From assembly GCA_965208575.1 (NCBI GenBank), contig CBDBOV010000002.1:96001-160000 (forward strand): 64,000 nucleotides of DNA, in the 5' to 3' direction. This document shows positions 46,448-57,127 of this stretch, piece by piece (within the stretch, counting starts at the first letter, position 1; every line of letters begins with the position of its first letter). The stretch is from Spirochaetia bacterium. Its GTDB lineage: Bacteria > Spirochaetota > Spirochaetia > SZUA-6 > Bin103. The translations under genes were made by a program, and so were the position numbers. The notes beneath the pieces were generated by a model that saw nothing but the letters and a program-made list of their open reading frames with translations, made no database searches and was not told the origin of the DNA.

Positions 46448-47404
46448 TCAGTCGCGCCGGGAGGCCTGCTCGTCGGTCTCGGTAGTCCTGCGCCGCCTGG
46501 CGCGGACCCATGCCTTCGGCACGGCCGCTCGCACCTCGGCCAGGTAATTCCTCCCGACCCGCACTTCGTGGTCGCCCGTCAGGAGCAGCAACGTCCGTCC
46601 GTCGCGGCGTACCGCGCGCTTGACGTGGCCATAGGCCGCCCAGTAGGAGCGGTGCACGCGCATGCCCAGGTCGCCGAGTTCGGCAACCGCATCGGAGAAG
46701 CGCAACAGGATGGAGGCGCTGCCGGCGGCGGTGATCACGTCCACGTAGTGCGCAGCCGCGGCGAGATAGATGATGTCGCGGCCCAACTCGTCCGGCAGGC
46801 GATCGAAGAATCTCGATTCCTTCGCTCCCGCGCGCCGGCGCGTATCGTCCAACGCCGTCGCCCGCACCTCCGCGGTGGCGGAGGGACGTGCGGAGTGTGC
46901 AGCCGTGGTCCCGCGCGGCGCGTCGTGGGGCACTTCCGCGCCGCGCGCCCCGGCCGCTTCCTCAGCCTCGGCGCGGCGATTGAGCCGTACCCACAGCACG
47001 TAGTACACGAGGGAGGTTGCCGAGAACAGGTAGAAAACGCAGGCTCCGTATATCCTGTCCAGCCGCAGGTCCCGTATCGGGGCGCCCGGAACCGCTTCGA
47101 ACACCGCCAGCACGATAGCCGTGCACGTTGCCCCGAGGACCAACACCATTGCCAGCAAGGCACATGCCATTACCACCGGCCGCTGATCGCGCACGACGTA
47201 GAACGTGAGCACGCAGCATGCATAGCTGATCGGGGATTGCAGCAACGCTACCAGACCGCTGTAACCGAGCCGCTGCGCCCACCCCATGCCGGCGTCGGCG
47301 TAGGTGGAACCGGACACCGCATTCTGCAACAGGAAGTAGCCGATCATTCCGACCACCAGCCAAGCGACCTGCGGCTTGAGCATTTCACGATGCGCAAACC
47401 GCAT
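46448..47404 (-). CDS. Membrane-anchored LytTR-domain protein
   Basis: About 4 N-terminal TMs; C-terminal HYVDV...RFSDAVAEL..GMRVHRSYW. Confidence 0.85.
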   Translation of the reverse strand: MRFAHREMLKPQVAWLVVGMIGYFLLQNAVSGSTYADAGMGWAQRLGYSGLVALLQSPISYACCVLTFYVVRDQRPVVMACALLAMVLVLGATCTAIVLAVFEAVPGAPIRDLRLDRIYGACVFYLFSATSLVYYVLWVRLNRRAEAEEAAGARGAEVPHDAPRGTTAAHSARPSATAEVRATALDDTRRRAGAKESRFFDRLPDELGRDIIYLAAAAHYVDVITAAGSASILLRFSDAVAELGDLGMRVHRSYWAAYGHVKRAVRRDGRTLLLLTGDHEVRVGRNYLAEVRAAVPKAWVRARRRRTTETDEQASRRD

Positions 47405-47567
47405 GCCGCCGACTGCCTCCCTGCTATTCAAGCCCCAGCACCTGCGCCGAATGCGCTATCGTCAACCGCGACGCTCAATCAAAGCCTCCATGTCCACGAG
47501 TATCCGCGCCCGCTCGCTCGGCCGCTGGCAACGAGAACCTCTCCCCAACAACCGTAAATTCTGTAAT

Positions 47568-47596
47568 AGTATAGCAATCTGCGGGTCGTCCTGCAA
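47568..47596 (-). promoter_or_regulatory. Putative sigma70 promoter of the LytTR gene
   Basis: Minus strand TTGCAG-17-TATACT with TGn extended -10. Confidence 0.7.
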
Positions 47597-47727
47597 CCTG
47601 TCGCATTGACTCATCGAAAATCTAACCGTAGCGAAAGCATGCCTCATCTAAAAATCTAACCGAACGGGCTGGACCTTCCGGGTCCGGTTGGAGCCTCTCC
47701 GAGGGACGTGAGGAGGTTCCGGAGGAG

Positions 47728-49002
47728 ATGGGGTTGAAGATGAGTTCAAGGCGAGAGCTCACCGAGCAGCACGCGCAGCGGTATCGTCGGGCGGGCAAGA
47801 AGGAGAAGGGGCGCATACTCGACGAGTTCGTCGAGTCGACCGGGTACCAGCGCAAGTACGCGATCCATCTGTTGACCTGGTGGGGACGGACCCGCATGGT
47901 GCGAGTCGACGGCACACTGGTGAAGCTGGTGGTCGGGCGTCCGCGGCCTGCCCAGCGCCGCGTGCGACCGCGGCGCTACGACCAGGAGGTGCTGGTCGCT
48001 CTGAAGCTGATCTGGTACGTGTTCGACTGCATGTGCGGCAAGCGCCTGGTGGTCGTGCTGCGCACCATGCTGCCGACGCTGGAGTCGTTCGGCGAGATCG
48101 AGCTGACCGCAGCGGTGCGCGGCAAGCTGCAGACCATCAGCGCCGCGACCATCGACCGGCTGCTGCAGCAGGAGCGCGCACGGCTGCGCCTGAAGGGTCG
48201 CACGCACACCAAGCCGGGCACCCTCCTGAAGGATCAGATCGCGATCCGAACCTTCGCTGACTGGGACGAGCAGGAGCCGGGCTTCTTCGAGATCGACTTG
48301 GTGGGCCATGAAGGCGGCAACGCGTCAGGCGACTTCTGCCACACGCTCACCATCACCGACGTTGACACCGGCTGGGTCGACCTGTACGGCGTGCAGAACA
48401 AGGCGCAGCGCTGGACCCACGAGGCGATCGACGCTGCCCGGCAGAGCCTGCCGATCGTGATGCGGGGGATCGACACCGACAACGGCAGCGAGTTCATCAA
48501 TCATCATTTGCTGCGCTATTGCGAAGCGCACGGCATCACGTTCACTCGGGGTCGCCCGCATCGCAAGAACGACACCTGCTACGTCGAGCAGAAGAATGGC
48601 CACGTGGTGCGACGGGCGGTCGGCCACCTGCGTTACGACACCGACCGGGAACTGGCTGCCCTCAACGCGATATACCGCCCGCTGTGCCTGCTGGTGAACT
48701 TCTTCTATCCCTCGGTGAAGCTGGTGAAGAAAACCCGCACCGGCAGCAAGGTGCGCCGCATCTATGACGACCCGCAGACGCCGTATCACCGCATGCTGGC
48801 CTCCGAGTCGGTGAGCGAGAAGGTGAAGAACCGCCTCAAGCAGCAGTACGCGACGTTGAATCCGGTCGCCCTCAAGCGCGAGCTGACCAGGTTGACCGAG
48901 GATCTGCTGCAGCTGAACGTCAGCAAGACCGCCAAGGCCGCACCAAGCACGGTGCAAACACCGAGCGAGGAGCGTGGTGGCAGCGGTCGCACGGCAAAAT
49001 GA
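47728..49002 (+). CDS. DDE (rve) transposase, same protein as 34660-35934
   Basis: Identical translation in ORF track. Confidence 0.9.
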   Translation: MGLKMSSRRELTEQHAQRYRRAGKKEKGRILDEFVESTGYQRKYAIHLLTWWGRTRMVRVDGTLVKLVVGRPRPAQRRVRPRRYDQEVLVALKLIWYVFDCMCGKRLVVVLRTMLPTLESFGEIELTAAVRGKLQTISAATIDRLLQQERARLRLKGRTHTKPGTLLKDQIAIRTFADWDEQEPGFFEIDLVGHEGGNASGDFCHTLTITDVDTGWVDLYGVQNKAQRWTHEAIDAARQSLPIVMRGIDTDNGSEFINHHLLRYCEAHGITFTRGRPHRKNDTCYVEQKNGHVVRRAVGHLRYDTDRELAALNAIYRPLCLLVNFFYPSVKLVKKTRTGSKVRRIYDDPQTPYHRMLASESVSEKVKNRLKQQYATLNPVALKRELTRLTEDLLQLNVSKTAKAAPSTVQTPSEERGGSGRTAK

Positions 49003-49144
49003 CCCTCTCAGGCGGGTCTGACGGTCGATAATCGGAGAATGGGCGGTCAGCGATGAGAAAACGTCGCCTCAGCCGCGCTGTAAGGCCCCTCCACGACACG
49101 AGGTGGTGTCTGGATACCCCCGTGTCTATGCATAACCATGCAAT

Positions 49145-50716
49145 TCAGTGCAACTTTATCCGCGACCGTAAGCCGGGTGGCGGAGTCCCGGTGCCGTCCC
49201 TGCAGTGCCTCGGCGAGGCGATTGCGGACCGCTGCCAGCCGGCTGCGTACCCGCCTGATGCTCTTTTCCAGGGCCCGGCGCACCGGTTCACGACCCGTGC
49301 GTCGGGCTCCGGCGGCGCAAGGTCATGGCTCGGCAGCGCGTCAAGGTTGAACTGCTCGCGCAGGTACTTGAAGAAGTTCTCCTGCGACCAGCGCGAGAAC
49401 ATGGCGCCGGCGACCTGCGCCAACGGCATCTGCGGGTGCGTGGTGATCACCGCCACCTGACGACCGTTGGCCAGACGCCGCCGGATCTGGCGCACCACCA
49501 GCCCGTTGCGCAGCATGATCGGCTGCTCGGCCAGATCAACCGCAGTCGTGCTGGTGCCGGCGGGACCATGGATCGGTACCTCGAAGGTGTGGAAGTCTTC
49601 CGGCAGCCAGTCCGCGCCGTTGAAGTTCTTGTGCCAGGTGATGCAGGCGATGCCACGCCGGGCCAGGCGCTTGAACAGGTCCGGGCTCCAGCCCTCGCGG
49701 TCGAACACCAGGGTCAGCTGCGGGGTACCGGCCGGTGCTCCGGTCAGGTCGGGGGCCGCTTCGGTCACCACCCCCAGGTGCTGCAACTGCGGCACCACGT
49801 CGTGCTTGATCGCATTCACCGGCTTCGGGTCCAGCGCCTTGTGCAGGCACAGCAGCGGTGCGCCGCCGAGGGCGTTGATCCAGTAGCTCACCGACGCCGG
49901 CAGACACAGCTTCTGGCGTGCGACGAAGTGTTTCGGCAACCGCCCGTTGCGCCCGGTGTACACCTTCACGTGGCCATCCACGGCCAGCGTCGTCCAGTCG
50001 TCGTCGTGCTCGCTGGCCCAGGTACGCGCCAGTACCGATTGCCAATCGCGCACGGTGTGCTCGGCGCTGGCCAGCAGCCTGATCTTGCGGCGCAGCGTCT
50101 TGGTCTCCGGACAGCGGTCGAGGCCGAGGATGGCGCCCCACTCGCCGGGTGCCTGGTAGCGCAGGCTCTCGGGGTTGCGCACCCGGGCCAGGGTCATGCA
50201 GGCGACGAACAGGAGGATGGTGGTCAGGCCGTAGAATCCGGCCGGCAGGCGGAACAGGCGGTTGGCGGCGGTGAGCAGGCCCTCGCGCAGCAGCATCGCC
50301 AGTGCGGCCAGCACGCCGCCGCCAGCGACCGCGTGGGCGGGCTCGACGAACGCTGGTGTGGCCTCGGTCAGCAGGCCGGCTCTGGCGAGCGTGCGGCGTT
50401 CCACGTCGCGCGCCGCGCGGCCCATGGGCGCGTGCTTGTCGCGGGCGTCGCGGCTGGCGCGCTCAGTGGCGACCGCCGGGTCGCTGACCGCGGCGGCGGT
50501 GCTGACCGGGTGATCAGTGGTGGTGGCCGCCGGCGCAACCTCGGCGCTGGCGGCGGGCTCCCGGGTGGGATCTGTGATGACGCCGGCGCGGCGGTTCTCG
50601 TTGAAGGTGCTCACCGGGATGCCGAGTTCGCGAGCGCAGGCTGAGCCGCTCATCCCGGAAGCGAGCAGCTTGGCTGCCTGGTCCGCCATCTCGGCGTCGT
50701 CCACGGTGGCCTCCAC
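49145..50716 (-). pseudogene. Cargo truncated/frameshifted transposase, copy 2
   Basis: Identical translation to copy 1, same frameshift. Confidence 0.75.
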
Positions 50717-51951
50717 GGCACCGCGCCGGCTGACTCCGGTCGGGCTACGCCCTCCGTCCGTCAGCGGGGTACAGCATCTCCTCCGCCCCGTTCGATCCCG
50801 ACGGCTCCGGTGTCGCAACCTCGTCGCCTACCCCGTCCCGGCGGTGGGGAATTGTCATGACCCTGCCCCGGGCAACGCACCTCGGTGCAGTTGTCCGGGG
50901 CGCCTCGCTCCGTGCGCTCCGCAGCAACCTGCGCGCCGATCGCGGCGTGGGCGGCATCACCCGGCTCGGCAAATGACTTCTGAGCGTCTCTGACGCCCGT
51001 ATATCCGTGAGCCAGACGGTCGGCGTCAAGAAATGTCGCCTCAGCCGCGCTGTAAGGCCTCTCCGCGACACGAGGTGGTGTCTGGACATCCCCGTGTCAC
51101 CAGCACCGAAGTCGCCTCCAGACCCGTCCGCCCCCTCTTCGGTCAGCGACACGACACGGCACCGACCACCTCCCTGCCGTTGACGCCTCCTCATCCGCGC
51201 CGACCAACCAGATACGCCCCCGGTCGCGTTGGTGTGCTTGAATCAACCCGGCCGGTCGCCCAGCAGCCTATCCACTTATCCACAATTTATGAGTCTCCCC
51301 CCTCGCGCTCCCCCCTCGTTCTCCGCCTCCCTTTCGGTTAGATTCTTACGTGAGGCACGCTCACCGTAAGGTTAGATTTTTACGTGAGGCAATAGGCCTG
51401 TCGAGCACGCATTGCGGGTGCGGGCGTAAAGCATGGAGGTGTCGCAGTTTGCACCGGTTCTGCACCCGTCGCGGCACAGGTTGCGTTACCTGGGATGCAC
51501 GGTGCGCGAATGGTCGGCGGAACTTTCGAGTTGCGTGGATTGGTTTGTCGGTGAGTGGGCTCGCCAGCCAACCGAGTGGGAGCCGGGATCTCGCGGGCCA
51601 GGGTCTCGCGGAGGGGCGGTCGTCGAGGCGCAATGCAGTGCCGGCCCCGGCGCCCATCTCACGTGTCGCGAATTGTCGGCACGAGCTGAAAACGGAGTGC
51701 GCGAAACGCCGCCCGTGATTCGGGCACGATGTGGGTCCTTGGTGAGCACCGAAGCGCGGAGGTGCTGCGTGGGTACACGGTCGTGGACCGCCGGCGCCGA
51801 ATCGCCGGGTCGTCGCGCTTGCCACGGAAGGTGCGGCGGCTTCCCGGACGAGAGGGCGCCCGGCGAGCGCCCGGGGGCGCGGGTAGAGCGGCCCGGGGCG
51901 AGCGGCGGTCAAAGGTGTACACCGCGTGCACGAATGTCGATGGGGGGAGAA

Positions 51952-51980
51952 TTGACAGCCCCGGTGCGGGCACATATATT
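51952..51980 (+). promoter_or_regulatory. Sigma70 promoter of the tRNA cluster
   Basis: TTGACA-17-TATATT. Confidence 0.8.
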
Positions 51981-52009
51981 CTGGCACTCGGGTAGCGTGT
52001 TTGAGCCTC

Positions 52010-52094
52010 GGAGAGGTGTCCGAGAGGTCGAAGGAGGCGGTCTTGAAAACCGTTGAGCCAACGTGCTCCGGGGGTTCGAATCCCTCCCTCTCCG
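52010..52094 (+). tRNA. tRNA-Ser(TGA)
   Basis: GCGGT-CTTGAAA-ACCGT, long variable arm, G73. Confidence 0.95.
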
Positions 52095-52122
52095 CAACCA
52101 CCGCTTCGGGCGTGCGCCACCG

Positions 52123-52209
<87 letters not shown>

Positions 52210-52242
52210 AACGGTGCGGCGGCCAGCCGTCGCGCCATGCTC

Positions 52243-52317
52243 GTGCCCATAGCTCAGTCCGGATAGAGCGTTAGATTGCGGATCTAGAGGTCAGAGGTTC
52301 GAGTCCTCTTGGGCACG
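52243..52317 (+). tRNA. tRNA-Arg(GCG)
   Basis: TTAGA-TTGCGGA-TCTAG; GTGCCCA/TGGGCAC acceptor. Confidence 0.93.
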
Positions 52318-52378
52318 CAGATGCGAGCGCAGCCTTGTTCCCGCCTTCGGGTGCGCGGGACGTGGTTGCGTTGTGCAC

Positions 52379-52468
52379 GGAGAGATGCGAGAGCGGTTGA
52401 ATCGGGCGGACTCGAAATCCGTTGAGCCGCGTATGCTGGCTCCGTGGGTTCGAATCCCACTCTCTCCG
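52379..52468 (+). tRNA. tRNA-Ser(CGA)
   Basis: GCGGA-CTCGAAA-TCCGT. Confidence 0.95.
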
Positions 52469-52527
52469 CCTCCGGCGGCCGCGCAGCACCCCGGGTCGGC
52501 CGAGGGTGTTGCGTGCGCCGTCGCCGA

Positions 52528-52615
52528 GGAGAGATGACCGAGAGGCCGAAGGTGCACGCTTGGAAAGCGTGTGTACTCAAACCGGGTACCGTGGGTTCGA
52601 ATCCCACTCTCTCCG
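52528..52615 (+). tRNA. tRNA-Ser(GGA)
   Basis: CACGC-TTGGAAA-GCGTG. Confidence 0.95.
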
Positions 52616-52619
52616 AAAA

Positions 52620-52740
52620 GCCCATCTGGTTCGTCTCCGATCTACGCTGTGCTCGTCCGCCCAACCCCGTCAGGACCGGAAGGTAGCAGCGGTAAGCGAT
52701 GCGAGCAGGAGCCGTAATCAATCGGCGGCGGCCAGAGGGC
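52620..52740 (+). ncRNA. ffs: Signal recognition particle RNA (small type)
   Basis: GTCAGGACCGGAAGGTAGCAGC domain IV motif in a long hairpin, followed by a T-tract; upstream of dnaX; ends approximate. Confidence 0.9.
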
Positions 52741-52763
52741 CTTTTTCTTTTGGGTGAGGGACG

Positions 52764-54617
52764 ATGGCCTACGAAGTAACCGCGACGCGCAAGCGTCCGC
52801 GCTCGTTCGACCAGATCGTGGGCCAGGAATTCGTGGTCGCCACTCTGCGCGGCGCCATCGAACGGCAGCAGATCGCGCACGCGTTCCTCTTTTCGGGGCC
52901 GCGCGGGGTGGGCAAGACCTCGGCCGCGCGGGTGCTCGCGCGCGCCCTGAACTGTGCGGCCGGGCCGACCGTGTCGCCGTGCGACGACTGCAACCAGTGC
53001 CGGGAGGTCAGCGCGGGCGCATCGCTCGACGTGATCGAAATCGACGGCGCCTCCAACACCGGCGTGGACGATGTGCGCGCGATCAAGGACGAGGTGCTGT
53101 TCCCGCCGGCGTCGGCACGCTACAAGGTGTACATCATTGACGAAGTGCACATGCTCTCCACGAGCGCCTTCAATGCGTTGCTGAAAACCGTCGAGGAACC
53201 GCCCCCCTACGTGGTGTTCATCTTCGCCACCACCGAAATCCACAAGGTGCCGGCCACCATCCGCTCGCGGTGCCAGCAGTTCACCTTCCGGCTGTTCTCC
53301 ACCGACGAAATCCGCGACCGGCTCGCCGAGGTGGCGGCCGAACTGAACCTCGAAGCGGACGACGAGGCGCTGATCTGGGTTGCCAAGGAGGCGGACGGCT
53401 CGCTGCGTGACGCCTACACCACGTTCGACCAGATCGCCTCGTTCGCCGGCGGGCGGCGGATCAGCATCGACGCCATCCGCGACACCATCGGGGCGCTGAG
53501 CATGGACGAACTCAACCGGGTAGGCACGCTGATCGGCAGCGATGACGCCGCCGCCATGCTCGCCCTGGCCGACGAAATACTCGAGCGCGGCGTGTCGGTG
53601 GAACGGTTCGTGATCGCCCTCGCCGACTACCTGCGCTCGCTGCTCCTGTTGCGCCACGGCGTCACGCGGCCTGGCATCCTGGGATATCCGGAAGCCAGCT
53701 TCAGCGCCGACGTGCGGTCCCGCATCTCGGTGAGCCGGCTGGAGCTGGCCGGGGAGTTGCTCCTGGAAGTGCACCGCAACCTGAAACAGTCGGTGAGCCC
53801 GCGCTTCGAGCTGGAGCTGCTGCTGAGCAGGCTGGCGCGGGTCACCGGAATGGTGACCCCGGACGAGTTGCTGGCGGAGGTGCACACCATCAAGGGCCAG
53901 TTTACCGGCGGCGACGGCACCGGCACCGGCGGCGGCGACGGCGGTGTCCCCGCCCGGCCGCCCGAGGCGGCACCCGGTGGGGCCATGCCTGCGCCCGGCG
54001 GCGTTGCAGTGTCCGGGGCCGGCACGGCCGCGCCGGCACGGGCGCACCCGCCGCGCCCGGCCCCGCGCCCGGTGCCGCGGCCGGATGGCGCGGTCGCCGG
54101 TGGCGGCCGACCCGACACCGCCGCGCCCGCGCCTTCGTTGCGGGCCAGCGGGCACGTTGCGCAGGCGGCGCCGGCGGCCGCTGCCGCAGACGGAGTGGCG
54201 GTCGATGCCGGCGACGGAACGGCGGCCACCGGCGCTGCGGGAAAGCCGGCCGCGTCCGAAGGGGCGCCGGAATTGCTGCACGAGATCGGGGCCAGTGTGC
54301 GTGCCCAGAACCAGATGTCGCTGGCGGCGTCGGTGGAGCGCGCGGAGGCGGTCGTGGTGACCGACGAGCGCGTGACGATGACGTTCGCGGCCGGTGACCG
54401 GTACCATGGCGGGCAGGTGGCGAGCGCGCAGCAGACGGTGGCGTCGGCGGCGAGCGAGATCCTGGGCCGGCCGGTGAGCGTCGGGGTAGACTATCGGCGT
54501 GACCCGGAGCCGGCCGGGCCGGCCGCGCGCGCGGCCGGCCCGGAACACGCGGATGTCGGGCGTTTTTGCAAGATATTCCGCGGCGAAGTGGTGAAGGAGA
54601 TAGCACATGGCATCTAA
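52764..54617 (+). CDS. dnaX: DNA polymerase III gamma/tau
   Basis: GPRGVGKTS, EIDGASN, IIDEVHML, SRCQ. Confidence 0.96.
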   Translation: MAYEVTATRKRPRSFDQIVGQEFVVATLRGAIERQQIAHAFLFSGPRGVGKTSAARVLARALNCAAGPTVSPCDDCNQCREVSAGASLDVIEIDGASNTGVDDVRAIKDEVLFPPASARYKVYIIDEVHMLSTSAFNALLKTVEEPPPYVVFIFATTEIHKVPATIRSRCQQFTFRLFSTDEIRDRLAEVAAELNLEADDEALIWVAKEADGSLRDAYTTFDQIASFAGGRRISIDAIRDTIGALSMDELNRVGTLIGSDDAAAMLALADEILERGVSVERFVIALADYLRSLLLLRHGVTRPGILGYPEASFSADVRSRISVSRLELAGELLLEVHRNLKQSVSPRFELELLLSRLARVTGMVTPDELLAEVHTIKGQFTGGDGTGTGGGDGGVPARPPEAAPGGAMPAPGGVAVSGAGTAAPARAHPPRPAPRPVPRPDGAVAGGGRPDTAAPAPSLRASGHVAQAAPAAAAADGVAVDAGDGTAATGAAGKPAASEGAPELLHEIGASVRAQNQMSLAASVERAEAVVVTDERVTMTFAAGDRYHGGQVASAQQTVASAASEILGRPVSVGVDYRRDPEPAGPAARAAGPEHADVGRFCKIFRGEVVKEIAHGI

Positions 54618-54930
54618 CCCGCTCGATTTTCTGAAGGCGATTCAGGGTCTGCAGCGCAACATGGGCGACATGGAGGAGAAGCTGCGCGGGGTGCAGGTGA
54701 CCGGCAGCGCGGGCGGCGACATGGTCGAGGTGGTACTCAACGGGCACCTGGACGTGGTCGCGCTGCGCATCGCGCCCGAGGCGATCGATCGCGAGGAGCG
54801 GGAGATGCTGGAGGACCTGGTGCGCGCCGCGTTCACGGACGCCGTCGGCAAGGTAAAGGAGCACCTGCGCGGCGAGTTCAGCTCCGTGCTCGGCGGCATG
54901 CCGCTGCCGCCGGGGCTGTTCGGAGGCTGA
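54607..54930 (+). CDS. ybaB: YbaB/EbfC nucleoid-associated protein
   Basis: GSAGGDMVEV, EMLEDLVRAA; synteny. Confidence 0.93.
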   Translation: MASNPLDFLKAIQGLQRNMGDMEEKLRGVQVTGSAGGDMVEVVLNGHLDVVALRIAPEAIDREEREMLEDLVRAAFTDAVGKVKEHLRGEFSSVLGGMPLPPGLFGG

Positions 54931-54947
54931 CCGACAACGGTCTGTCC

Positions 54948-55541
54948 ATGACCAGCCTCGACCGGGTCATCACCGCGTTGGCCAAGCTGCCCGGCCTGGG
55001 CCGCAAGAGTGCGGCGCGGCTCGCCTACTACCTGTTGCGGGCCGACCCCTCCTACGTGCGTTCGCTGGCCGCTGACCTGACCGCGTTGCGTGAACGGATC
55101 CGCCCGTGTCGGACCTGCGGTGCATATACGGAGGCGGAGCGCTGCGACATCTGTGCGGATCCGTCGCGCGACCCGGATCGGGTGTGCGTCGTGGAGCAGC
55201 CGCAGGACGTTGCCACCATCGAGGCGACCGGCGAGTTCCGGGGCCGCTACCACGTGCTGATGGGCGTGTTGTCGCCGCTCGACGGCATCGGCCCGGAGGA
55301 TCTGCGCATCGACCTGCTGCTGAGGCGCGTGCGCGAGGAAGGGGTCCGGGAGGTGATCGTCGCCACCAACCCTACCGTGGAAGGCGAGGCGACGGCGCTG
55401 CTGCTGGCCAAGCAGCTCCGGGATCTGGGCGTGGTGACCTCGCAACTGGCCCACGGCCTGCCGGTGGGAAGCGACCTGGAATACTCCGACCGGCTGACCG
55501 TGAGCCGGGCACTGCGCGGACGCGTACGCCTGGACCAGTAG
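54948..55541 (+). CDS. recR: Recombination mediator RecR
   Basis: LPGLGRKSA, Cys4 finger, ATNPTVEGEAT. Confidence 0.96.
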   Translation: MTSLDRVITALAKLPGLGRKSAARLAYYLLRADPSYVRSLAADLTALRERIRPCRTCGAYTEAERCDICADPSRDPDRVCVVEQPQDVATIEATGEFRGRYHVLMGVLSPLDGIGPEDLRIDLLLRRVREEGVREVIVATNPTVEGEATALLLAKQLRDLGVVTSQLAHGLPVGSDLEYSDRLTVSRALRGRVRLDQ

Positions 55542-55571
55542 CGCTTCCGGCCGGCGTCCGCGGCCCCCGGC

Positions 55572-57020
55572 CTATATCTTGTCGATCAGAATGGAGCACT
55601 TCCCGGAGGGAATCGGCAGGGTCTTGCGCCGGCCTTCGCGCAACACGTTGATGGTCAGGTAGTACAGCTTCTCCGACTCCAGCCGTATCTCCCAGCCGCG
55701 CGAGCTCTTGGCGCTCACGATGGAGATCAGGTTGCGTTTCAACTGCAGGTTTTCGATGCCCATGATCTCCATGATCGGAATGCGCCAGTCGACGGTTTTG
55801 CGCGGCAGGGAGATAAACAGGCCGACGACGTTTTCGATCATCAGGGCCACGGTGCTGAGCGCGCAGTAGGCCATCAGGAGCCGGCGCGGAAAACCGTTCT
55901 CGGCCGGGCCCCTCGCCGGCCCCTCCTGTTGCGGCGCGTAGGCCTCGTACAGGGAGCCGGTCACATTCTCCTCCGGATGTAACCCGTCGAGCACGTAGTA
56001 CAGGTGGCGCAGGGCGAACTCGCGCGCCTCTTCGTATTTCCCGTAACGCTCGAGCCCCTTGATTACCATGTAGTTGAACGGCGGCAGCACGGCGCTGCGG
56101 TATCCGGAGCCGTCGCGCGAGTAGCCTTCGTGGGCGGCGGACAGGGTCGGGAAGGGGTGCTCGACGCCGAACTCGTCGGGCTTGTTCAGGTAGGAGATGA
56201 GTCGTTCGCTCTTGTCCTCGTTGGGGATTGCCGCGAGCAGCGTCCAGAATGCCCCGACCGTGCGCAACGGCAGGCGCCGCCCGTCGCGGTCGAGGTCGTA
56301 GTAGAAGCCGGTGTCGTTGTCCCACATCTGCTGGCTGATGCGGGTTTTCAGCGAGAAGTACGCGCGCTTGTACTTGAAGCTGGTGTCCTTGTCGTTCAGC
56401 ACGTCGCCGATCGCCGAGAGGAACAGCGCGTTCAGCGCCTGCTGCGCGTTGAAGTCGATCGCGTAGTGACATCCTTCGCGCGGACAATGGCCCATCATGG
56501 TGGCGGCCGCGGGAACCGCGTAGAGGCCGTTTTCCTGCCGGTGGGTGGCCTCGAGCCAGGCGAAATGGCGCTCAAGCACGGGCAGAATCTCACGCAGCCG
56601 CTTCTTGGTGCCGAGCTTGTGGTACAGGTTGTACTCGGCCCACGCGAACAATGGCGGCGCCACCCCGGTCGGGTTGTCGTCGGCGAGCACCGGCGAGCCG
56701 TCTTCGACCAGGTACTCGCCGCGGATGGCGCCGTTCTCCTCCTGTTTGCGGTAGAAGGTGTCGAGCTGTTCGGTTACCGGAAAGGTGCGATTGCTGTAGA
56801 CCAGGAAGAAGGTGGCGAAGCAGGTCTCGAACTGGTTGATGCGGTCCGCGGCGGGATAGCGAAAGTAGTGCGGCGCGAAGCCGTTGGCCTCGGTCCCGCG
56901 ATGCCACTGCTCGCTGATCCAGTGCCACGAACGCTGATAGAGGTTGACGAGATCCTGGTCGTAGAAGTTGATCTCGGGGAAGTCGGTTCTGACGGCGAGT
57001 TGCCGTATCGCATCACTCAT
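55572..57020 (-). CDS. MGH1-like/trehalase-type (alpha/alpha)6 glycoside hydrolase domain protein
   Basis: PPLFAWAE, MWDNDTGFYYD, PFPTLS, NYMVIKGLERYG, LYEAY. Confidence 0.8.
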   Translation of the reverse strand: MSDAIRQLAVRTDFPEINFYDQDLVNLYQRSWHWISEQWHRGTEANGFAPHYFRYPAADRINQFETCFATFFLVYSNRTFPVTEQLDTFYRKQEENGAIRGEYLVEDGSPVLADDNPTGVAPPLFAWAEYNLYHKLGTKKRLREILPVLERHFAWLEATHRQENGLYAVPAAATMMGHCPREGCHYAIDFNAQQALNALFLSAIGDVLNDKDTSFKYKRAYFSLKTRISQQMWDNDTGFYYDLDRDGRRLPLRTVGAFWTLLAAIPNEDKSERLISYLNKPDEFGVEHPFPTLSAAHEGYSRDGSGYRSAVLPPFNYMVIKGLERYGKYEEAREFALRHLYYVLDGLHPEENVTGSLYEAYAPQQEGPARGPAENGFPRRLLMAYCALSTVALMIENVVGLFISLPRKTVDWRIPIMEIMGIENLQLKRNLISIVSAKSSRGWEIRLESEKLYYLTINVLREGRRKTLPIPSGKCSILIDKI

Positions 57021-57127
57021 GGCAGCGGGCACCGCGAGTGGCTGCGCGGAGCCGTTGGTCGGTGCAATCCTTACAGACTATACGGTTGCGGCACCGCGTG
57101 GTCAAATTGGGCGGCGTGCTCGGCGTG

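Larger units (their letters stand above)
47602..51396 (+). mobile_element. 3,795-bp DDE transposon, copy 2, inverted (5-bp TSD CCTGT)
   Basis: CCTGT at 47597-47601 and 51397-51401; reverse complement of 32266-36060 with one substitution spotted (50939 vs 32723). Confidence 0.93.
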
